A stretch of DNA of 53,902 nt, taken from positions 1 through 53,902 of IMG/VR virus record IMGVR_UViG_3300033463_000182. One strand, 5' to 3'. Position 1 is the first letter of the stretch; every line of letters starts with the position of its first letter. A model generated the notes under the pieces. The model was given only the letters and a program-made list of their open reading frames with translations, was not told where the DNA came from and did no database searches. A program made the position numbers and the translations under genes. The stretch comes from a virus. Below, piece by piece: positions 49,303 through 53,902 of the stretch.

Positions 49303-49314
49303 TGGAGAGGGACG

Positions 49315-49339
49315 GGGGCGCGCCCTACCGGGCGGCCCC
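49315..49339 (-). other. GC hairpin downstream of VR (DGR target-recognition element candidate)
   Basis: 10 bp with one bulge and a 4-nt loop (tacc on the + strand), 35 nt beyond the VR end. Confidence 0.6.
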
Positions 49340-49370
49340 ATCAGGGATTCAGTTTTCAGTCGTCAGGGGT

Positions 49371-50585
49371 TCAGAGGGAGCGCGGGCGGCAGCCAAAGGG
49401 GTAGACCGCACCGCCGCGCTCGTCGCTGGAGTAGACAAACCCCAAGCCCGCGGCGGAGCCGCTGATGAAGTAGCCGCCGCGACGCGGGAAGCGCTCGCCC
49501 GCCGTGAAGTTGACGTAGTAATAGCCGGGGGTGTCGTCGTTTGCGTCGGTCTTGATAAGGCCCAGCTCCTTGACGATGCTCGGCACATATGGAAGGTTCG
49601 TGCTGTTCACGGCAACCGTGCTGAAGCTCTCGCCCTTGCTGCCAACGGTCAGGTCGTCGCATTGCGTGTCCAGGGTAATATGCCCGTTCAGCCAGTTCCA
49701 ATGCAGCGTGCCGGTGGTGCCGGGGGCAACCAGCGTGTAGCCGTCGTCGCCCGCGTTGGGCAGGATCGCTTTCCACGCGGCGGAAGAAGCGGACAGGTCG
49801 GCGTCCGGGTCGGCGGCGTTGTTGTTCTCCAGGATTTGCAGCTCGCAATCGACGATCCGATAGCCGTACTGCTGTTCCAAGGAAGAACCGATGATGTCCG
49901 CCAGCAGCGCGGGATCGCTGCCAAGATACCAGTCCAGCGGGCCGCTGCCGTTCAGCGTCCGATAGCCGGTCTGGTGCGCGGCGTCCGGCGTGCCGTCGTT
50001 GCTGATGCCGCCCACATACTTGCCGCGCTCCCAATAGGTCGGGGCGATGTCAGGCCGCAGCTCCGCCGCGCTGGTGTGCGCTTGCAGGGCCTTGTAGATA
50101 TAGCCGTTGTAGGCGCGCTCGTTGTTCACCGAAATGCTCTTGCCGGTTTCCCATGCCGTCGCGTCCTGGTGCGCCTGCCCCCACGCGGTATTGCCGTGCG
50201 GCTTCCAGCCCATCTTCTGCGCCAGCAGCTTGATAAAGCCGTAGTCCGCACAGGTCATGCCGGTAATACCGCTGCCCGCCAGCTTCATGCGGGACAGGCA
50301 TTGATCCGCGCCCAGGGAGCGAATCGGGTTGATGTTCGGCAGGGACAGGATCGCGCCGCCGGAAACGCCGTTGTCGCCGCCCTTGTACTTGCCCAGCAGA
50401 ATATAATCCTGCTCCACGCCGTTGATGATAAAGGCGGGGTGGGTGTGGTTCGGCAGGCCGGAAACCAGGTCAGAGGATTTCATCTTCGGGAATTTCACGA
50501 AGATACCGGCCACGTTGCCGTTGGCGTCGTACTTCACGATGTTGCCGTACTTCTTCGCCAGAAATTCAAGCGGGCTGTTATTCAT
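49371..50585 (-). CDS. DGR target protein, putative receptor-binding tail-fibre protein with a C-type-lectin-fold VR
   Basis: 404 aa, last gene of the fibre cluster; the VR occupies the C-terminal 40 codons. Confidence 0.8.
   Translation of the reverse strand: MNNSPLEFLAKKYGNIVKYDANGNVAGIFVKFPKMKSSDLVSGLPNHTHPAFIINGVEQDYILLGKYKGGDNGVSGGAILSLPNINPIRSLGADQCLSRMKLAGSGITGMTCADYGFIKLLAQKMGWKPHGNTAWGQAHQDATAWETGKSISVNNERAYNGYIYKALQAHTSAAELRPDIAPTYWERGKYVGGISNDGTPDAAHQTGYRTLNGSGPLDWYLGSDPALLADIIGSSLEQQYGYRIVDCELQILENNNAADPDADLSASSAAWKAILPNAGDDGYTLVAPGTTGTLHWNWLNGHITLDTQCDDLTVGSKGESFSTVAVNSTNLPYVPSIVKELGLIKTDANDDTPGYYYVNFTAGERFPRRGGYFISGSAAGLGFVYSSDERGGAVYPFGCRPRSL
49375..49495 (-). repeat. DGR variable repeat (VR), 3' end of the target gene
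   Basis: See TR. Encodes RGGYFISGSAAGLGFVYSSDERGGAVYPFGCRPRSL-stop. The invariant GC-rich 3' end (49376-49394) is IMH-like. Confidence 0.9.
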
Positions 50586-50829
50586 TCGTGCCGCCCTCCT
50601 CCATCATTTCGACGAGTTCCTGGTATTCCTCCACGGTGATGCGGTCAGCCATCAGGAACACGTCGAGCTTCTGCATAGTCGCTTCGCGGTCAAGGTTGCC
50701 TTTCTTGAGGCCGTTTTCAATGAGCCGCTTCATCAGCTTGTAGGTCATGGTGTTTACCTCCAATCCTTTCAGAATTTTGTTGTACTGCCGGTCAATGATT
50801 TTCCCGGCGATCCAGGCCGTCAGGCTCAT
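50578..50829 (-). CDS. XkdX-like small protein (paralog 2)
   Basis: MTYKLMKRLIENGLKKGNLDREATMQKLDVFLMADRITVEEYQELVEMM core. The start may be 50829 or 50749. Confidence 0.5.
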   Translation of the reverse strand: MSLTAWIAGKIIDRQYNKILKGLEVNTMTYKLMKRLIENGLKKGNLDREATMQKLDVFLMADRITVEEYQELVEMMEEGGTNE

Positions 50830-50987
50830 TCGTCCATCAGCCCCACAAGTTCCTGGTACTGCGCCGTGGTCAGGCGGTCAGCGGCCAGAAAGGCGTCCAG
50901 CTTGTCCATGATCCCGGCCCGCTTTTCCTCCAGCGTGCCGTCTTTCTTCGCGGTGTTGATGATCCGCTTCATCAGGTTATAAGCCAT
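50826..50987 (-). CDS. XkdX-like small protein (paralog 1; not in the ORF track)
   Basis: GGAGGAATAACC-ATG; MAYNLMKRIINTAKKDGTLEEKRAGIMDKLDAFLAADRLTTAQYQELVGLMDE. Confidence 0.5.
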   Translation of the reverse strand: MAYNLMKRIINTAKKDGTLEEKRAGIMDKLDAFLAADRLTTAQYQELVGLMDE

Positions 50988-50989
50988 GG

Positions 50990-51220
50990 TTATTCCTCCA
51001 TTTCTCCCAGCTCAAGCAGGGTAACTTCGTACAGCGTTTCCGCCATCAGTTCGTCGTGCTCGTTGATCGTCTGCCGCAGGGCCTTGAACGGGGCCAGCTT
51101 CGCTTCCCATTCCTCGCGGCGCTTGCGCTCCCATTCCTCCGGGTCGTCCTCCGGGAAGTCGGGCATGATGTCCTCCGCCTGGATTTCTTCTTCCGGGGTC
51201 AGGATTTCGTTTTCATCCAT
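50990..51220 (-). CDS. Hypothetical acidic protein
   Basis: 76-aa ORF. Confidence 0.4.
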   Translation of the reverse strand: MDENEILTPEEEIQAEDIMPDFPEDDPEEWERKRREEWEAKLAPFKALRQTINEHDELMAETLYEVTLLELGEMEE

Positions 51221-51242
51221 CGGGTGATCCTCCTTTGCTTCG

Positions 51243-51560
51243 TTATGTCATGGCCGCCAGTTGCGCTTCCGCTGCCGCAAGCCGCTTCTGCATGTCGCGC
51301 AATTCGGCCTGGAACAGCATATAGGCGTAATTAAACGCCGTGCGGTCTATCACGGCGTCCTTGTCCAGAGTGGGATAGCCTGCTGCGGCGGTGTTGGCCG
51401 CCGCTGCTGCGGCGTTCGCGGAAGTCGCCGCGTTATTCGCCGCTGTCGCCTTGTTGTTGGCGTTGGTGGCCGCGTCGCTTGCGTCCTGGGCCGCCTGCTG
51501 GGCTGCTGCCGCCGCGTTGCCGGTCAGGGCAAGGGCCGCGCCGATGCTCAATGCGTCCAT
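51243..51560 (-). CDS. Ala/Asn-rich coiled tail-fibre-associated protein
   Basis: Start refined to MDALSIGAALALTGNAAAAAQQ... Confidence 0.35.
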   Translation of the reverse strand: MDALSIGAALALTGNAAAAAQQAAQDASDAATNANNKATAANNAATSANAAAAAANTAAAGYPTLDKDAVIDRTAFNYAYMLFQAELRDMQKRLAAAEAQLAAMT

Positions 51561-51564
51561 TTCA

Positions 51565-51759
51565 TCAGCCCCCGATCTGCGTCCAGGTGCCATCAATGGC
51601 TTTCATGTACATGGCGCTCAAGCTCGCGGTATAGGCCATGCTTCCGGGCGCAAGGTCAGCGGGAAGGTTGGCAAGGTCGCTGCTCGATTCGATCAGCACT
51701 TCGCATTTGTTCTCGCTTTCCGGGGTTCCGCTGCTGGATTTTACGATCTTGTATGCCAT
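51565..51759 (-). CDS. Hypothetical small protein
   Basis: 64-aa ORF. Confidence 0.35.
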   Translation of the reverse strand: MAYKIVKSSSGTPESENKCEVLIESSSDLANLPADLAPGSMAYTASLSAMYMKAIDGTWTQIGG

Positions 51760-51771
51760 CGCTCATCCCTC

Positions 51772-52062
51772 CTATTCGGTGGCAAGGGCCGCGACCTGGG
51801 CTTGCAGCGTGGCAATTTCATCCTGTGCCGCCCGAAGCTCCGCCTGCATCGTCATTTGAAGCTCGTCAAACGCAATGCAGATATGCTGGATCGCTTCGTC
51901 CATGGTGTTGAAATTGGTCGCGCTCTGCGGCGTCCCTTGCTGGATCACGGTGCCGGGGGCCGCCGTGAAGGTCTTGCTGCCGTCGCCGTTGACCGTTTCC
52001 GTGTATGTTCTCGGACGCTCTACGACGTGATCCTTCCAGCCGATCCGCTGGTTATAACTCAT
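51772..52062 (-). CDS. Tail-fibre N-terminal/collar-like protein
   Basis: TPQSATNFNTMDEAI resembles the conserved fibre motif (a.nlN.mE.gi), followed by a coiled coil. Confidence 0.45.
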   Translation of the reverse strand: MSYNQRIGWKDHVVERPRTYTETVNGDGSKTFTAAPGTVIQQGTPQSATNFNTMDEAIQHICIAFDELQMTMQAELRAAQDEIATLQAQVAALATE

Positions 52063-52080
52063 TGTGTTTCACTTCCTCCC

Positions 52081-52440
52081 TTACAGCGCGTCATACGCGC
52101 CGGTATTGCTGGTGTTCTCCTTCACTTGGAACAGACTGAACCGGCACACATACAAGATGCCCTCCGTAGCGTCCGCCCGCGTGATGCTTACCGTCTTACT
52201 GCCGATTCGCTGCCCGTTGTGGTCGTACAGCTCAACGCCCGTCACCGTAATGTTGCCGCTTACGGTATGGTCGATGAGGAAAGTAACCTCCACAACGCCG
52301 CTTGCCAGCACGACGGCATTTTGGATCGCCGCCTGATACCAGCTACTCCCGACCTTGTACCGCGCGTAGGCAATATCATTCTTGATCTCCGTGCGCTTTC
52401 CGGCCAGATAGTTGCTGTCCAGGGTGAATACATCCGCCAT
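52081..52440 (-). CDS. Hypothetical tail-fibre-module protein
   Basis: 119-aa ORF after the gpI-like gene. Confidence 0.35.
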   Translation of the reverse strand: MADVFTLDSNYLAGKRTEIKNDIAYARYKVGSSWYQAAIQNAVVLASGVVEVTFLIDHTVSGNITVTGVELYDHNGQRIGSKTVSITRADATEGILYVCRFSLFQVKENTSNTGAYDAL

Positions 52441-52460
52441 GATGTCGCTCCTCCTTTTCG

Positions 52461-53240
52461 TCAGATTTCATCCTGTCCGCACAGCTTGTATAGGATTCTG
52501 GCGTATGTGTCCTCCGCGTGTGCGGCTGGGATGTCGATTTCGCCCAGCACGCCCGCCGTGCTGATCTCCGGCTGCGTGCCTGTCATTTCGTAGGGGAAGG
52601 GATAGCCCACGGCGTCCGCCGCAAGGCCCGCCTTGCCGCTTTCGTCCAGGACGCCCTTTGTGTTCTCCTGCGGCCAGCGTCCGGCCCAATTCTCCGCGCC
52701 GGTCAGCGGGTAGGTAAACCGGGCCAGCACTTTTCCCTCGGCCACGATCCCGATGTGGCATTTGGCCCCTATGCGCAGAGAATCAAGCACGCTGCGCACG
52801 TTCTTTGCGGCAGCGATGGCTTTCCGCGCCCAGGCTTCATTTTCCGGCGTCCATTCTCCTTCCACCGTCACGCGGAAGTGATAGGCCGATCCGTTGTACT
52901 GCCAGTTTTCTTCCAAGTCCATGCCGCCGAAGTAGCTTGCGATGTACTGATACACAGCCCTCGGCGTGCCGAACAGCCGGTACAGCGGGATCGCGTTCTT
53001 GATCCATTGCCGCTTCGTGGCGATGTCGGCGTTGTAGTCGTACAGGCAGTTGGTTTCCCAGGCCAATTCGTCAAGCCGCCATTCCGGCATCGTGTCGTAG
53101 TCATAAATGCAGTTCACGCCCTGCTGGATCGTGTCATTCATGATCTGGATTCCGGCCTCGATGGCCTTTGCCAGCGCGTAGCCGTTCTTATCCTCCAGCA
53201 GAAAACGCGGGACGTGCTTTGTCACGTCGAATGTAAACAT
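52461..53240 (-). CDS. Tail protein I-like (P2 gpI / Mu gp48)
   Basis: MPEWRLDELAWETNCLYDYNADIATKRQWIKNAIPLYRLFGTPRAVYQYI matches the gpI family core. Confidence 0.7.
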   Translation of the reverse strand: MFTFDVTKHVPRFLLEDKNGYALAKAIEAGIQIMNDTIQQGVNCIYDYDTMPEWRLDELAWETNCLYDYNADIATKRQWIKNAIPLYRLFGTPRAVYQYIASYFGGMDLEENWQYNGSAYHFRVTVEGEWTPENEAWARKAIAAAKNVRSVLDSLRIGAKCHIGIVAEGKVLARFTYPLTGAENWAGRWPQENTKGVLDESGKAGLAADAVGYPFPYEMTGTQPEISTAGVLGEIDIPAAHAEDTYARILYKLCGQDEI

Positions 53241-53255
53241 TCTTCGTCACCGCCT

Positions 53256-53902
53256 TTAGGAAGAAATCGCCGTCAGCGTAATGGTGCCCTTGCACCGTTC
53301 GTTGGCGTTGATCTCCGTGTATTCCACCGTCCCGCTGTCGAAATTGCTCCCCGTGTCCCAAATAACGCGCGTCGCGCCTGCCTGGTAGATGGCCGCCATC
53401 AGCCGGTCAGGGTTAAAAGCCCGCCCGATGGTGTTGTCCTGCCATTCCTGGTAGTCGCTCACCGCCGCCGCAATCGCCGCGCTGGTGGCGCTGCTGTTGT
53501 CGCTGGCGTATTTCACGTTCAGCGTATAGGGTACGTTGGTCGCCTGATAAACGCTTACGTTGTCCGTCAGCGGGCGCACGTCCTCCGCAGAAAGCGCGTC
53601 CAGCACGCTTTGAAGCAGCGCCGCAGCGCCCGTCTGTGTGGATAGGATCAGATAGATTGCCACGTTGCCCGCACTGGCGTTGATGGCCCTGGCGTCCAGG
53701 ATCACGCTGCTTACAGCCTTTGCCGCCGCCTCGTACTGCCTTGCCGGGCCGGTGGAAACGCTCGCAAGGCCGTATTCCCGGATGCGCTCGCGGTAGGTTT
53801 CGTCGTCCTCCGCCTCGTTTCCGCCCGTGGCGTCCGTCGCCACAATGATGCTGTTCACGCCCGCGTTGGTAATGGCAAGGCCCATCTGTGTGCCTGTCAG
53901 CA
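53256..53902 (-). CDS. Baseplate J-like protein, C-terminal part (continues from 1-581 through the circular junction)
   Basis: GLAITNAGVNSIIVATDATGGNEAEDDETYRERIRE... is typical of the gpJ family; the ORF runs off the window end. Confidence 0.8.
   Translation of the reverse strand, partial: LTGTQMGLAITNAGVNSIIVATDATGGNEAEDDETYRERIREYGLASVSTGPARQYEAAAKAVSSVILDARAINASAGNVAIYLILSTQTGAAALLQSVLDALSAEDVRPLTDNVSVYQATNVPYTLNVKYASDNSSATSAAIAAAVSDYQEWQDNTIGRAFNPDRLMAAIYQAGATRVIWDTGSNFDSGTVEYTEINANERCKGTITLTAISS
53776..53902. repeat. Terminal overlap copy 2 (identical to 1-127)
   Basis: Verbatim identity read directly. Confidence 0.95.

Noticed and set aside
47033-50585. A second VR or target gene for the DGR elsewhere in the genome
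   Set aside because: By eye, the invariant TR flank GCGACGCGGGAAGCGCT (+ strand as printed) and the GGGAGCGCGGGCGGCAGCC end occur only at the TR and the single VR. A computational repeat search is still needed to be sure.

Overview
The window is a complete, circularly closed phage genome. Its first 127 nt are identical to its last 127 nt, so the unique length is 53,775 bp. It is a GC-rich, temperate, contractile-tailed (myovirus-type) phage or prophage-derived element with GGAGG-type ribosome-binding sites, which suggests a Firmicutes/Clostridia-like host (inference only). All calls rest on reading the sequence and the supplied ORF track, plus remembered family motifs. No searches were run.

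Minus-strand modules, in transcription order:
- Lysis-lysogeny switch at about 31.9-32.6 kb (Cro-like gene, three operators, cI-like repressor). A signal-peptide moron and a large serine integrase follow on the + strand.
- Early/replication block, 32.1 to 22.5 kb. It includes a HAD-like hydrolase, a DUF1064-like nuclease, a tRNA-like RNA cluster, dUTPase, a replisome organizer with internal iterons, a G39P-like loader, SSB, a Gp37/Gp68 protein and a C5 DNA methyltransferase.
- Late regulator and a promoter-terminator leader at about 19.1 kb.
- Lambda-like head module: TerS, TerL, gpW, portal, ClpP-type protease/scaffold, decoration protein, E-family capsid.
- P2/Mu-like contractile tail and baseplate, which wraps through the circular junction, followed by tail-fibre genes.
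- A complete diversity-generating retroelement (target with VR, Avd, TR, RT).
- Lysis cassette.
- A tyrosine recombinase followed by an N6/N4 methyltransferase interrupted at a G10 tract.

The only long + strand block (36.1-42.7 kb) is a 12-gene accessory array led by an ArdC-type antirestriction gene. It is driven by three near-identical promoters that share an operator-like motif. Its genes are joined by a hyper-conserved junction sequence, and it contains three copies of a roughly 70-nt structured repeat. An ~870-bp extremely GC-rich repeat block with no credible coding capacity lies just upstream of it.

The most interesting items are the DGR, the cassette-like ArdC-led array and its regulatory repeats, the extreme-GC iteron block, the tRNA-like cluster and the homopolymer-interrupted methyltransferase.
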